Shown: positions 48,680-58,699 of the stretch, one piece after another
Numbering within the stretch: position 1 is the first letter of the stretch
Layout: every line of letters begins with the position of its first letter
Assembly (NCBI GenBank): GCA_013374855.1
Contig: CP055308.1
Span: 401,833-465,832 of the forward strand
Source of the DNA: Candidatus Woesebacteria bacterium
Lineage (GTDB): Bacteria; Patescibacteriota; Microgenomatia; UBA8517
DNA: 64,000 nucleotides
Reading direction: 5' to 3'
Program-made: the position numbers and the translations under genes
The notes under the pieces: model-generated
Database searches by the model: none
Told to the model about the DNA's origin: nothing
What the model saw: only the letters and a program-made list of their open reading frames with translations

Positions 48680-50071
48680 ATGAAAGGAAGAATCTATACA
48701 GAGGATACGCCCAAAAAGGTAGGAGAGAAGGTAAGGTTAATTGGATGGGTGGAAAGTGTCAGAGATCATGGTAAGATAACTTTTATTGATCTTCGTGATA
48801 GAACAGGTATTGTTCAATGTGTTGCACAAGGTGTAGATAGGATAAGTGTAGAATCAGTGGTTAGCATAGAAGGTTTAGTGAAAAAAAGACCCCAGAATTT
48901 AGTGAATGAGAAAATTTCCACAGGGGAAGTGGAGATAGAAGTTGAGAAATTAGAAATTGTTAGCAAGTCAGATGAGATGCCTTTTCCTTTGAGTACTGAT
49001 GGTTTAGAGATAGATGAGGGAATTAGGTTGAAGTATAGATACCTTGACCTTCGCCGCAGGAGAATGGCGCAAAATTTAAGGATAAGGTTTAAAACCTTGC
49101 AATTTATCAGAAATTGGCTTGAAGCACGCGGTTTTGTGGAAATTGAGACTCCGATTTTGACTAAAACTACTCCAGAGGGAGCGCGTGATTTTTTGGTTCC
49201 ATCTCGTTTGCAACCTGGTAAATTTTATGCTTTGCCCCAGTCGCCGCAACAATATAAACAACTTTTAATGGTGGCTGGTTTTGAAAAATATTTTCAAATT
49301 GCCCGATGCTTTCGTGATGAGGATCCGCGAGCAGACAGGGCTTATGGAGAATTCACTCAACTTGATATTGAAATGAGTTTTGTGGATCAAGACGATATTT
49401 TGGAGTTAACAGAAGAATTATTTTGCGATTTGGTTAAGGATATCTTTCCAAACAAGAGAATCAATAAACGTCCGTGGCCAAGAGTTTCCCACAAGGAGGC
49501 AATGGAAAAGTATGGTAGTGATAAACCAGATTTAAGGGAAAATAAGAACGATCCGGATGAGTTGGCCTTTTGTTGGGTGGTAGATTTTCCTTTATTTAAT
49601 CGTCAAACAAAGGAAGATTTTTTTTATGGGTCTGGGAAATCGGAATGGGCACCTTCGCATCATATGTTTACGGCACCCCATCCTGATGATATTTCTTTAT
49701 TGGATAAGGACCCTGGTAAAGTAAGGGGTTTGCAGCACGACCTCGTTCTCAATGGATTTGAAGTTGGAGGAGGAAGCATTAGGATTCATCAATCTGAGAT
49801 TCAAAGTAAGGTTTTTGATTTGATAGGGTTTACTGAGGAACAAAAAAGAGAATTTGAGCATATGCTGACCGCTTTTCGTTATGGAGTGCCGCCTCATGGT
49901 GGGATAGCACCGGGTATAGACAGATTTTTAATGGTTGTTTTAGGTGAACCAAGTGTTCGGGAGGTGATGGCTTTTCCCATGACTTCAAATGGTACAACTG
50001 CAGTCCTTGATGCCCCAAGCGTTCCAGATAAAAGACAACTTAGGGAGTTAAAAATTGAAGTAAAATGTTAG
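48680..50071 (+). CDS. aspS: aspartate--tRNA ligase (short form)
   Basis: RDHG...F.DLRD, YRYLDLR, PQSPQ.YKQ, FTQLD.E, GGGSIRIH, PPHGG.A.G.DR. Confidence 0.96.
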   Translation: MKGRIYTEDTPKKVGEKVRLIGWVESVRDHGKITFIDLRDRTGIVQCVAQGVDRISVESVVSIEGLVKKRPQNLVNEKISTGEVEIEVEKLEIVSKSDEMPFPLSTDGLEIDEGIRLKYRYLDLRRRRMAQNLRIRFKTLQFIRNWLEARGFVEIETPILTKTTPEGARDFLVPSRLQPGKFYALPQSPQQYKQLLMVAGFEKYFQIARCFRDEDPRADRAYGEFTQLDIEMSFVDQDDILELTEELFCDLVKDIFPNKRINKRPWPRVSHKEAMEKYGSDKPDLRENKNDPDELAFCWVVDFPLFNRQTKEDFFYGSGKSEWAPSHHMFTAPHPDDISLLDKDPGKVRGLQHDLVLNGFEVGGGSIRIHQSEIQSKVFDLIGFTEEQKREFEHMLTAFRYGVPPHGGIAPGIDRFLMVVLGEPSVREVMAFPMTSNGTTAVLDAPSVPDKRQLRELKIEVKC

Positions 50072-50075
50072 TCTA

Positions 50076-51083
50076 ATGGCAAATAATTCCAAGAAGTTTT
50101 CCTTGAGAAAATATATTTTTAACATTTTTATTAAAGATGATGGCTTTTTGCTAACTCTTGTTTCTTCTTGTTTCATAATAGTTATTTTTTTTATTATTGT
50201 TTTTTCTTCTTTAACTGATGGTCGCAGTATTTCTGAAGAAAGAGGAATGGTTCTTTCCCATAACATTGAGTTTAAAAACAACCTTGAGGATAAGATTTTT
50301 GAATTAAGACCGGTTTTGAGGAATGGTGTTTTTTCCTTCCCAATTCTTTCTGCACAATCAGTGGTGGTTGTTGATCTTGATTCTGATATTTACCTTTACG
50401 AGAAAAATCCAGATAACCCAATGTTACCAGCATCTCTTACTAAGTTGATAACCGCTTTGGTAGCTTTAGATCATTTTCCGCTAGACCAAAGACTTGTCTT
50501 TTCAGGAAGATATGTTGAGGGACAAAAAATGGGTTTGGTTAAGGGTGAATCTTTAACTGTAGAAGATGCTCTTCGAGCACTTTTGGTCTATTCTGCCAAT
50601 GACGCTGCCTATCTTTTGGCGGAAAATTATCCAGGAGGTGTTGGAGCTTTTGTTTCTGCTATGAATGAAAAAGTATTATCTTTGGGAGCAAATTCCACTC
50701 ATTTTGAGAACCCAACTGGCTTTGATGGAGGTAGTCACAAGACTACAGCATTAGACTTGGTAAAAATTAGTAAGATTTGCCTGAAGAATGAAAAGTTAAT
50801 GGAAATGGTATCTAAAAGAGAAGTTACTATCGTTAATCCCTTTTTGGGAAAGCAATATTACCTTCAGAATACGAACCAACTTCTGGGTGAAGTAGATGGA
50901 GTGTTGGGACTAAAGACTGGGTGGACTGAAAATGCTAGAGAGAATCTTATAACCTATTATCAAAAGGATGACAAGAGAATTCTTTTTGTTTTGTTGGGGA
51001 GTCAAGATAGATTTGGAGAGACGAAAGAGCTGATTAACTGGGTTTTGGGAAGTTACGATTGGCTTTGGGTTGAGGTTAAATAG
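50076..51083 (+). CDS. D-alanyl-D-alanine carboxypeptidase (peptidase S11)
   Basis: ASLTK (SxxK), SAN (SxN), KTG. Confidence 0.92.
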   Translation: MANNSKKFSLRKYIFNIFIKDDGFLLTLVSSCFIIVIFFIIVFSSLTDGRSISEERGMVLSHNIEFKNNLEDKIFELRPVLRNGVFSFPILSAQSVVVVDLDSDIYLYEKNPDNPMLPASLTKLITALVALDHFPLDQRLVFSGRYVEGQKMGLVKGESLTVEDALRALLVYSANDAAYLLAENYPGGVGAFVSAMNEKVLSLGANSTHFENPTGFDGGSHKTTALDLVKISKICLKNEKLMEMVSKREVTIVNPFLGKQYYLQNTNQLLGEVDGVLGLKTGWTENARENLITYYQKDDKRILFVLLGSQDRFGETKELINWVLGSYDWLWVEVK

Positions 51084-51085
51084 CT

Positions 51086-52132
51086 TTATTCTCCATAGTA
51101 TTGGGCGGTGACTGCTGGGACATAAGCTTTGAAGTCTCTGTCACCTTCAAAAACAATAACGGGTTGATAAAAGTCTGTTTGCACCCCAGCGTCGTAGTAG
51201 GCAAGATAAACTTTTCTTATTGTAATTTGCTGATCTTTATTTTCTCCCAGACTGGCAATATATGCTTTTTGTGAAGTTAACTCATTCCAAGCATCTTGGG
51301 CGGTTTTAATTGGGTAGGTAGCATGTTTAGTTTCGTCTACTGGGAAATAGTAATATTCTCCCGCAATTATTTCTTTTTCTCTTTGAGATTCTCCGCTTAC
51401 TATAAGCCAGACATTTGCTTCTTTTGGATCAGGTGTTACGGCAGGATATTGATCGTAGTCTTTTCTAAAGAAATTTACTTTTACAAAATTAGCTTCTGAT
51501 AACGAGATGGTTCCTATTATCTTTGATCCTTCTAGTTTAACGGGTTCCGTAGTAGTTGGTCCGGATAAATCTTTGGCTAACAATCCTCCTCTTGATAGAA
51601 AGGATCTTGCTTTTGTTGCTGCAATTTCTGGAGCAGGTGGTCTTTTGTTGAGAGGAGAGGGATCTTCTGCTAGATTGTAGCTAATTGAGAATACCCCTGT
51701 AGCTATACTTATTTTTAGCTCTGATGGATATTTCGAATTTTTGAATGAATAGACAGTTTCTGTAATTTGGTTTTGCTCCCCATCAAACCCCAGATTTACT
51801 GCTTTCTTTTGGGTGTAATCAAGAGAAAGCAGTGTTGGGGACACTTTAGGCATATAGAACACCTTGACTGTATATGGGAACTGGGGCAATGATCCAGTTG
51901 CAGTCTCTAGTCTAAATTGCAGATTACTGGGGACATCTTTTTGTGGAAATGGTAGTTTAGGTAATTTGCCAAAAGTAACAGTTGGTGGTGGAGGTGGTTC
52001 AGGAAAGAAATAACGATATATACGAATTAATCCAAGAATTGCACCACGCATAATTATTATCCCTATTATTCCATAGATAGAATATCTAATTATTTTCCTT
52101 GTTATTATTGATACTTGAGTCAGTTTGGTCAT
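51086..52132 (-). CDS. hypothetical membrane-anchored protein
   Basis: Long ORF with N-terminal TM and Pro-rich linker. Confidence 0.8.
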   Translation of the reverse strand: MTKLTQVSIITRKIIRYSIYGIIGIIIMRGAILGLIRIYRYFFPEPPPPPTVTFGKLPKLPFPQKDVPSNLQFRLETATGSLPQFPYTVKVFYMPKVSPTLLSLDYTQKKAVNLGFDGEQNQITETVYSFKNSKYPSELKISIATGVFSISYNLAEDPSPLNKRPPAPEIAATKARSFLSRGGLLAKDLSGPTTTEPVKLEGSKIIGTISLSEANFVKVNFFRKDYDQYPAVTPDPKEANVWLIVSGESQREKEIIAGEYYYFPVDETKHATYPIKTAQDAWNELTSQKAYIASLGENKDQQITIRKVYLAYYDAGVQTDFYQPVIVFEGDRDFKAYVPAVTAQYYGE

Positions 52133-52192
52133 TTTTCTAAAAGACTTTCCTTTTGAGTATATCCTTTATCTGGGTTATAATTCAATTGTACA

Positions 52193-53527
52193 ATGTCAGA
52201 AATAAAAACCCGTTTTGCACCAAGTCCGACAGGAGATCTTCACATAGGAGGTTTGCGTACTGCTCTTTATTCTTACGCTCTAGCAAAATCGGAAGGTGGA
52301 AAATTTGTTTTAAGGATAGAGGATACTGATAAAAAAAGGGAAAAAGAGGGATCAAAAGATCAAATTAAGAGTCTTCTTAAACTTTTTGGTTTAGACTGGG
52401 ATGAATATCATGTTCAATCAGAGAGAGTGAAAACTGGAATCTATAGGGAAGCAGCTCGACAACTGGTTAAGAGGGGATTGGCTTTCTATTGCCAATGTCC
52501 TCCTAAAGATCCGCAGAAGAAGGGTGCGGTTTTAGAGATGAGAGACCCTTGTAGGGACAAAGGTTTAAGATCTGGGGCAATTAAATTGAAAGTTCCAGAT
52601 AGCGGGAACGTTTCCTTTTTTGATTTTGTTCTAAAAAAGAAAATAAGTTGGAATTTAAAAAGTGTTGCTGACACCACTCTTTTGAAATCGGATGGTTTTC
52701 CTACTTATCATCTGGCTGTTGTAGTAGACGATCATGAGATGGGGATTACTCATGTTTTGCGAGGGCATGATTGGCTTCCTTCGACTCCTGTTCATCTTTT
52801 GGTGTATAAAGGTCTTTCATATAATCTTCCTGAAATTGGGCATTTGACAGATATTCTTGATCCAAATGGAGGAAAACTTTCCAAGAGAAAAGGTTCTGTT
52901 TCCTGTCAGGCCTTGCTTGACGACGGCTATTTACCTGAGGCTCTTCTTAATTTTGTAATGCTTTTGGGTTGGGCGCCAAAAGACAATCGAGAGTTTTTTT
53001 CACTTGATGAGTTTGTTAAAAACTTTAAAAAAGGCGACCTTCAAGTTTCAAATCCGATTTTCAACAGAGAAAAGCTTAACTGGATGAACGGGGAATATAT
53101 AAGGAGAACTGATAACCTCAGGCTTTCCCGTATGATATTTGATCTTTTTGAAGGCAAGTATTCTCTTAGAGAGATAGAGGTTATTCTGCCTTTGGTTAAA
53201 GAAAGGATTAAAACACTGAGAGATTTTGAAAGTTTGTCTTTGTTTTTCTTTGAAAGACCAGAGATAGACTTTTCCTTATTTGGTAAGAATTGGCAAGATC
53301 ATATTAAATCATCCTTTGTTGCTTTAAAAGAATTAAAAAATTGGGATTTAGAGTCAATAAATAAGGTGTTGTTAAAAAGTATAGAAGAGAACCATTTTAA
53401 AACGGGCGATTTTTTTATGGACCTTCGGATTGCAATTACTGGTAAAAGAGTTACGCCACCAATTAATGAATCTTTGGTTTTACTGGGTAAAGATGAGGTT
53501 ATTAATCGTCTTGATAGATTAATTTGA
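52193..53527 (+). CDS. gltX: glutamate--tRNA ligase
   Basis: RFAPSPTG.LHIGG (HIGH), RIEDTD, PTYH, KLSKR. Confidence 0.97.
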   Translation: MSEIKTRFAPSPTGDLHIGGLRTALYSYALAKSEGGKFVLRIEDTDKKREKEGSKDQIKSLLKLFGLDWDEYHVQSERVKTGIYREAARQLVKRGLAFYCQCPPKDPQKKGAVLEMRDPCRDKGLRSGAIKLKVPDSGNVSFFDFVLKKKISWNLKSVADTTLLKSDGFPTYHLAVVVDDHEMGITHVLRGHDWLPSTPVHLLVYKGLSYNLPEIGHLTDILDPNGGKLSKRKGSVSCQALLDDGYLPEALLNFVMLLGWAPKDNREFFSLDEFVKNFKKGDLQVSNPIFNREKLNWMNGEYIRRTDNLRLSRMIFDLFEGKYSLREIEVILPLVKERIKTLRDFESLSLFFFERPEIDFSLFGKNWQDHIKSSFVALKELKNWDLESINKVLLKSIEENHFKTGDFFMDLRIAITGKRVTPPINESLVLLGKDEVINRLDRLI

Positions 53528-53530
53528 GTT

Positions 53531-54499
53531 ATGGGAGGAATACTGCCCACACAAACATATCACAAAATAGGGAAAAAGAGGCTTCCCGCTGAGTATTACC
53601 GAAATAAACTAAAGCTGAAAAAGTTTGAGGAAGAAAAGAAACTTAAAGATTATCCCGATTTTTATTCTTCTTTAAGAGGAAAAGGATTGGATCTTTCTGT
53701 TTTAAGAAAACATTCCTCCAGAATAATATCAAGCGGAGCAGTGCTTTCAACTCTTCTTTTTTCTCTACCTCAAAAGGATTTTAGTTTTTTGCCTGAGTTA
53801 GTTATTGAAAAAACGAAATCTGATGAAGAAACTTTAGGTAGTATGCGGAGTATTTTAGTTAAAAACCTTGAAAATATTCTTCCTAATCGGATTAGAGCCC
53901 TGAACAAAACTGAAGAGGGTATCTTAGAAAAACTTTTTGCTCAGGTGTTGAAAGTTAAAGCAAAAGCAACTTTGGATGGGCAACATTTAAATACAACGTA
54001 TGGAATTATAGGTATAGAACAGCATTTGAGGCGTTATCCTGGGGATACATTGACTAAACATGCCAGTGACCCTGCTGTAATAAGAGAGGGTATGGCGCCT
54101 GGCCTTGGTGCGTGGGGGTATTTTGCGCCAACTGAGGCAAAACTTACCCCGGAGCTTATTGAAATAGAAAAATGGTACGCAGTTGTTCAAACTCTTTATC
54201 TTCCTGATTGGGAGATAAATCAGCCTTTTTTGAAGGATTGGTACAAATACAGAAAAGTGCTGATAGTTAATACTAAAAATGGCAGGGCTGTTGTGGCAGC
54301 AATTGCAGATTCAGGACCAGCAGCTTGGACTGGGAAACACTTTGGGGCAAGTCCTGAAGTAATGAATTATCTTGGCGGGCCATTTTACAAAAAAGGTCCT
54401 GTTGTTTTGTTTTTTGTTGATGAATCTGAAGGTAAAATACCACTTGGACCCGTAGAATATGACGATTTTATAAGAGATACTAATCTAGTGCAAACATAA
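53531..54499 (+). CDS. hypothetical protein, C-terminus resembles an RlpA-like double-psi beta barrel
   Basis: V.N..NGR.VV..I.D.GP pattern; fold inferred. Confidence 0.6.
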   Translation: MGGILPTQTYHKIGKKRLPAEYYRNKLKLKKFEEEKKLKDYPDFYSSLRGKGLDLSVLRKHSSRIISSGAVLSTLLFSLPQKDFSFLPELVIEKTKSDEETLGSMRSILVKNLENILPNRIRALNKTEEGILEKLFAQVLKVKAKATLDGQHLNTTYGIIGIEQHLRRYPGDTLTKHASDPAVIREGMAPGLGAWGYFAPTEAKLTPELIEIEKWYAVVQTLYLPDWEINQPFLKDWYKYRKVLIVNTKNGRAVVAAIADSGPAAWTGKHFGASPEVMNYLGGPFYKKGPVVLFFVDESEGKIPLGPVEYDDFIRDTNLVQT

Positions 54500-54506
54500 A
54501 AATCAT

Positions 54507-54851
54507 ATGAGTTTGCTTTTTTATGATCGCTGGCTTGATTTGGAAAGACTTGAAAGGAAAGTAAAGAAATGTGTTGGTAAAAATGAAGATTTTGCTGAAA
54601 TATGCCAAATTATAGATGAAATAATTCATCACAGAATTATCCTTTCAATACTTAAAGTTTTGCCGCAGGAGCACCATCGTGATTTTGCTTTGCTTATTGC
54701 CAAAAACCCAGCAGGAGATGAGATTTTAGATTTTCTTAAAGACAAGGCGAAAGAAGATATTATGAAAGTGGTAAAAGAGGCAATTCTTATTTTGACCTTG
54801 GAATTAACTGATATATTCTCAGCTAACAAGAAGCGGGTTAAAAAAATCTAA
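54507..54851 (+). CDS. hypothetical helical protein
   Basis: ORF tightly packed in the gltX-led run. Confidence 0.7.
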   Translation: MSLLFYDRWLDLERLERKVKKCVGKNEDFAEICQIIDEIIHHRIILSILKVLPQEHHRDFALLIAKNPAGDEILDFLKDKAKEDIMKVVKEAILILTLELTDIFSANKKRVKKI

Positions 54852-54854
54852 ATT

Positions 54855-55184
54855 ATGGTTTCAACTGCTTCGTTTAAGGGTCTTTATTTTACGAAACACG
54901 CTTTGGAAAGAGCTAAAGAGAGGGGGCTTTCTGTTTCCGATATTTGGTCTGTATGGCACAATCCTCAAGGTTCTAAAAAAGCATCAACAAAAGGAGCTTT
55001 TATTTATTGGCGAAATCATCAAGGCAAAAGAATAGAGGTGGTTGCTAAAAAGGAAGAAGGTTCTCGTTGGGTGATAATTTCTGTTTGGGTAAGACGAATT
55101 GCATCTTTTCAAAAAGAGAGTTTTTTAGATTTTTTGATCCGTAAGCTCTTGTTGTATAAACTGACTATAAATAGAGGGAGATAA
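54855..55184 (+). CDS. DUF4258-like protein
   Basis: FT.HA.ER..ERG.S..DI...W.IIS.W. Confidence 0.65.
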   Translation: MVSTASFKGLYFTKHALERAKERGLSVSDIWSVWHNPQGSKKASTKGAFIYWRNHQGKRIEVVAKKEEGSRWVIISVWVRRIASFQKESFLDFLIRKLLLYKLTINRGR

Positions 55185-55257
55185 GTTAAGAAGTAGTTTT
55201 GTCCCAAATTGTTTTTGTATAGTAAAAAGGCTATTTTCATTGTAAAATCCTCTTCAA

Positions 55258-56820
55258 ATGGAAATTCCTTTAAATTCGAAGACCTCTGAATTTATAAAGA
55301 ATTTGTCTTTTGCTTTTGAGGTTATAAGAAAGAAAGAGAAAGTTAAAAATCCTATTGAAATAACAAAAACAGCCTCTTCTTTAGCGCTAATTTACGAATC
55401 TGCCCGTAATGCAGTTGAGTTTAGGGCGGAGCATTTGATAAGACAAGCGGCAATTGAGAGAATTTTAAAAAGAAGGCTTTTCTTGAATCAGAAAAGCCAA
55501 AAATTGGCAAATCTATTGGTGAAGGAGGTGATTTGGGCTCGTTACATTCGTCCTGAGTTTGTTGCTAGGGAAAAGATAGAGGAAATAGCTTTGATTATTG
55601 AAAAATACAGAAAGCTTTTGATTAATGGTTTGCCGGATGGTATTTCAAAGAGGATACTAGAGATTGCCTCTTGTGAGATAGAGGAATCTTTGGTTTTTAA
55701 TCCTATATCGCAGGTTGTATCAAATTATGTTTTTGAGTTGCTTAAAGAAAGATTGGATTTTGAGGAAGATGATGAAAAGATTAAAAACATACAAATCTAT
55801 ATAGCTGTAGAGAAAGGATTTGGTAAGAACAGCGATGGTTTTATAGCATATAAATTGTTAAAAACACTTATGCCGCATTGGTTTAAAGAGAAAGTTGCGG
55901 CAGAGAATTTAAAAGATGAATTTTACAGGACACTTTCTTTTATAAATTTGCAATTTGAGTATCCTTTAGCTGATAGATTGCGCCGTGAAGTGGTTTTTTC
56001 TTCTGCGCCTTTTAATCTTGTTCAGGAGATGGTAAATCGTTATGAGGAAGAATTTGTTTATCTGGTTCAATCGAAAGAACTTTTAGAAAAAGAAGCTGAA
56101 AACACATTGGAAGATTTATATCGTGAACTTAAAGATAAACTTTCACGCGCATCCAAAAGAAGTATTGTTTACATTTTTTTAACAAAAATTATAGTTGGAA
56201 TTTTGCTTGAATTGCCAATAGATATTCTTTTAGGAAAAGTAAATTACCTTTCTTTGGGAATAAACTTGTCCTTTCCGCCTCTTTTAATGTTCCTTTTAAA
56301 TTTAGATGTTAAATTGCCTGATGAGGAAAACTCTGAGAAAATAATTTTACTTTTGAATGAGTATTTTTATTCTCAAGAAAAGCCGAAAAAAAAGTTTGTT
56401 TCTGTTAAACCAGCGGTAGAGAAAGTAAAAAAGGTTTTCTGGGTTTTTTACATAGTAATGTATGGAGTTACATTTGGAGGTATAGTCTGGCTCTTAACAA
56501 AATTAGGTTTTAACCCCGTAAGCCAAATTATATTTTTGTTTTTCTTGTGTGTTGTTTCATTTTTTGCCTACCGCGTGCGAGGTATTGCCAAAGATTACAG
56601 CATGGAAAGCGAGAAAGAATCATTTTTGTCTTCAGTTAAGGATTTTATCTTTTTGCCTGTTATTAAAGTTGGACAATGGCTTTCCTTAAAGATTGCCAGT
56701 TTTAATGTCTTAAGTTTTGTTCTTGATTTTATAATTGAGGCGCCTCTGAAAGTTTTTTTGGAGGTTTTTGAAGAGTGGATTCATTTTGTAAAAGAGAAGA
56801 AGGAGGAGATTGTTTCCTGA
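55258..56820 (+). CDS. hypothetical multi-pass membrane protein
   Basis: YE..RNA.E.R.EHL.R..AIERIL.R; 4-5 C-terminal TM segments. Confidence 0.8.
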   Translation: MEIPLNSKTSEFIKNLSFAFEVIRKKEKVKNPIEITKTASSLALIYESARNAVEFRAEHLIRQAAIERILKRRLFLNQKSQKLANLLVKEVIWARYIRPEFVAREKIEEIALIIEKYRKLLINGLPDGISKRILEIASCEIEESLVFNPISQVVSNYVFELLKERLDFEEDDEKIKNIQIYIAVEKGFGKNSDGFIAYKLLKTLMPHWFKEKVAAENLKDEFYRTLSFINLQFEYPLADRLRREVVFSSAPFNLVQEMVNRYEEEFVYLVQSKELLEKEAENTLEDLYRELKDKLSRASKRSIVYIFLTKIIVGILLELPIDILLGKVNYLSLGINLSFPPLLMFLLNLDVKLPDEENSEKIILLLNEYFYSQEKPKKKFVSVKPAVEKVKKVFWVFYIVMYGVTFGGIVWLLTKLGFNPVSQIIFLFFLCVVSFFAYRVRGIAKDYSMESEKESFLSSVKDFIFLPVIKVGQWLSLKIASFNVLSFVLDFIIEAPLKVFLEVFEEWIHFVKEKKEEIVS

Positions 56821-56935
56821 TTTCTTATTCTCTCACACCCTACGGATGATATAGCTTCACACACTTACTTTTAATTATTAATTAAAGGTATTTTTGTGAT
56901 AAAATTGAGGCTAGCAGATTATTATAAGACTCTAT

Positions 56936-57006
56936 TGGGAGATCGTCTAATGGTAGGACACAGCGCTCTGGACGCTGTAATCTAGGTTCGAATCCTAGTC
57001 TCCCAG
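56936..57006 (+). tRNA. tRNA-Gln(CTG), CCA not encoded
   Basis: TGGGAGA/TCTCCCA acceptor, CAGCG-CT CTG GA-CGCTG anticodon arm, CTAGG-TTCGAAT-CCTAG T arm. Confidence 0.96.
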
Positions 57007-57050
57007 CCCTAGTTTAATGGAAAATGATTTGGAAGTTATGAGAAAGGTTA

Positions 57051-57073
57051 ATTCGGATCCATTCGGATCCATT
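57051..57073. repeat. 10-bp tandem duplication
   Basis: attcggatcc attcggatcc att. Confidence 0.8.
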
Positions 57074-57315
57074 GGAGAATGCTATCCTAGAAATATTCAG
57101 AATGATTGATATTGTTCAAAATTTATGAGATTTAGCATATAAGCAGATAATCTATTCGAAGAAGACACGGTTGAAAAAACTTCTGAAAAACCATTGGTTG
57201 CAAGAAATCTTCATAAGTGATGTGGGGAAAGGGTTATGTTGGATGGCATTGCGCTGGCTACACCCTATATGGTACAGCACGTCTAACTATTGTTGCCATA
57301 GTTTGTGTTCTAACT

Positions 57316-57684
57316 TTATAAACCTGGTAGTTTATCAAAATCGACAGTTTTAACCTCAATAGAGTAAACCTCGTGTTCAAAAAGAGCATGCTTTAGTGAG
57401 TTCTCAAATTCCTTTTCTCTCCTATCACTACATATGGCCAAGTCGACATGAATTATTCCTTCTTCGGGATAGGTATGAATCACCAGGTGCGATTGTGAAA
57501 GAATATAGCCAATAGTAATCCCAGTAGGACTAAAGATATGAGACACTTTCTTAACCACCTTCAAATCTAAATTTGAAATGATACCATCTGCCAAATCTTC
57601 AGCAAAACCTAACGAATTATCAAAGGATTTTAGCTTAACTAGCGCAACAAATTGTTTAATCAATGGTGTAGATTGGTTTGTCAT
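57316..57684 (-). CDS. speD: S-adenosylmethionine decarboxylase proenzyme (SpeD/SpeH-like)
   Basis: H.F.P.G.T....L.(Q)SH..IHT.PE.G...D...C motif. Confidence 0.8.
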   Translation of the reverse strand: MTNQSTPLIKQFVALVKLKSFDNSLGFAEDLADGIISNLDLKVVKKVSHIFSPTGITIGYILSQSHLVIHTYPEEGIIHVDLAICSDRREKEFENSLKHALFEHEVYSIEVKTVDFDKLPGL

Positions 57685-58645
57685 AATTTCCTTTTATTAG
57701 CGGTTTTGCTCTGGGCGTAATCTCACCAACATACAACGAGCTAGAGCTTCCGATAGATTCTGCCCCTTCATATCTATTAAACCTGTCGAATACATATCTT
57801 AACAGCAAACCTGAGCTTGTAAAAACATCCTGGATGGGTAAAAATCGTTCTTTAGCTCTGTCACTATTTCCATAACAAACATAAACTCTTGCTGTCTGAT
57901 TTTTTCTGTCTATCGCCTCTAGTGCTCTTGAAACAAAAAGTTTAATCCCTTCTGGAGTGTAAGGTGGGTCGGTAAATACAGTATCAAATTTACTTCTCAA
58001 TCCGACTGGAAGAGGTCTTCTTAGATCATGTCTTACCGTTCTAATCCCAAAACCAACCTCATTCGAGATGTCACCTATGTTATTTAGAATTCTCTTGTCA
58101 ATATCTACCACCGCTACTTCCTGCGCCGATCTCATACTAGAGGTTACAACTGATGTAAAGTCATCATCTCCTAAAAACAAAACTCGCTTGCCTCTTATAT
58201 CTCCCAGAAAATCAAGCAAGGCGACTCTTTTTGCTGTAGTATCTACTGTAGCAGTAAACTGGTCATAATTTCTTTCTGGAGCAGGTATTTTGTTCTTGTA
58301 TCGGGACAAAAGTTCAACTGACTGTCTATAGAGATCGCTTTCAACTAAAGTTTTCAAAAGACTTTCTTCTACCAAGTAAGTATCTTCATAAAGTTCTCCC
58401 AATCTCTCAGCCACTTCTTTCTTCAAAGAAGTTTCCCTTGTCGATGGATTCAAATAAACAGACAGAGCTTTTTTTACTTGATTTAGGGCGTTTCTTGATA
58501 CTCCCACTTTTTGGACAAGTTCGTTGTTTCCAACAGCCTCACCTCTCGATAAATACCAAAATATATCTAGCACTTTTTTTACTGGCACTCCCGTTTGTTT
58601 TGAAACTTCCAAAAGTTCTGAATACATCTTTTCCTTTTTTCCCAT
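57656..58645 (-). CDS. bpsA: branched-chain polyamine synthase BpsA-like (DUF43, N4-bis(aminopropyl)spermidine synthase family)
   Basis: YDQ...T..T...R, LGDDD.TS, DID.R, DLR..LP, FD...TDPPYT..G..LF..R. Confidence 0.85.
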   Translation of the reverse strand: MGKKEKMYSELLEVSKQTGVPVKKVLDIFWYLSRGEAVGNNELVQKVGVSRNALNQVKKALSVYLNPSTRETSLKKEVAERLGELYEDTYLVEESLLKTLVESDLYRQSVELLSRYKNKIPAPERNYDQFTATVDTTAKRVALLDFLGDIRGKRVLFLGDDDFTSVVTSSMRSAQEVAVVDIDKRILNNIGDISNEVGFGIRTVRHDLRRPLPVGLRSKFDTVFTDPPYTPEGIKLFVSRALEAIDRKNQTARVYVCYGNSDRAKERFLPIQDVFTSSGLLLRYVFDRFNRYEGAESIGSSSSLYVGEITPRAKPLIKGNYDKPIYTID

Positions 58646-58699
58646 AGTCTAGTTTTATTTTACCAGAAAAGGCTGTTTAAAACTGCTCGAGATGAATTT

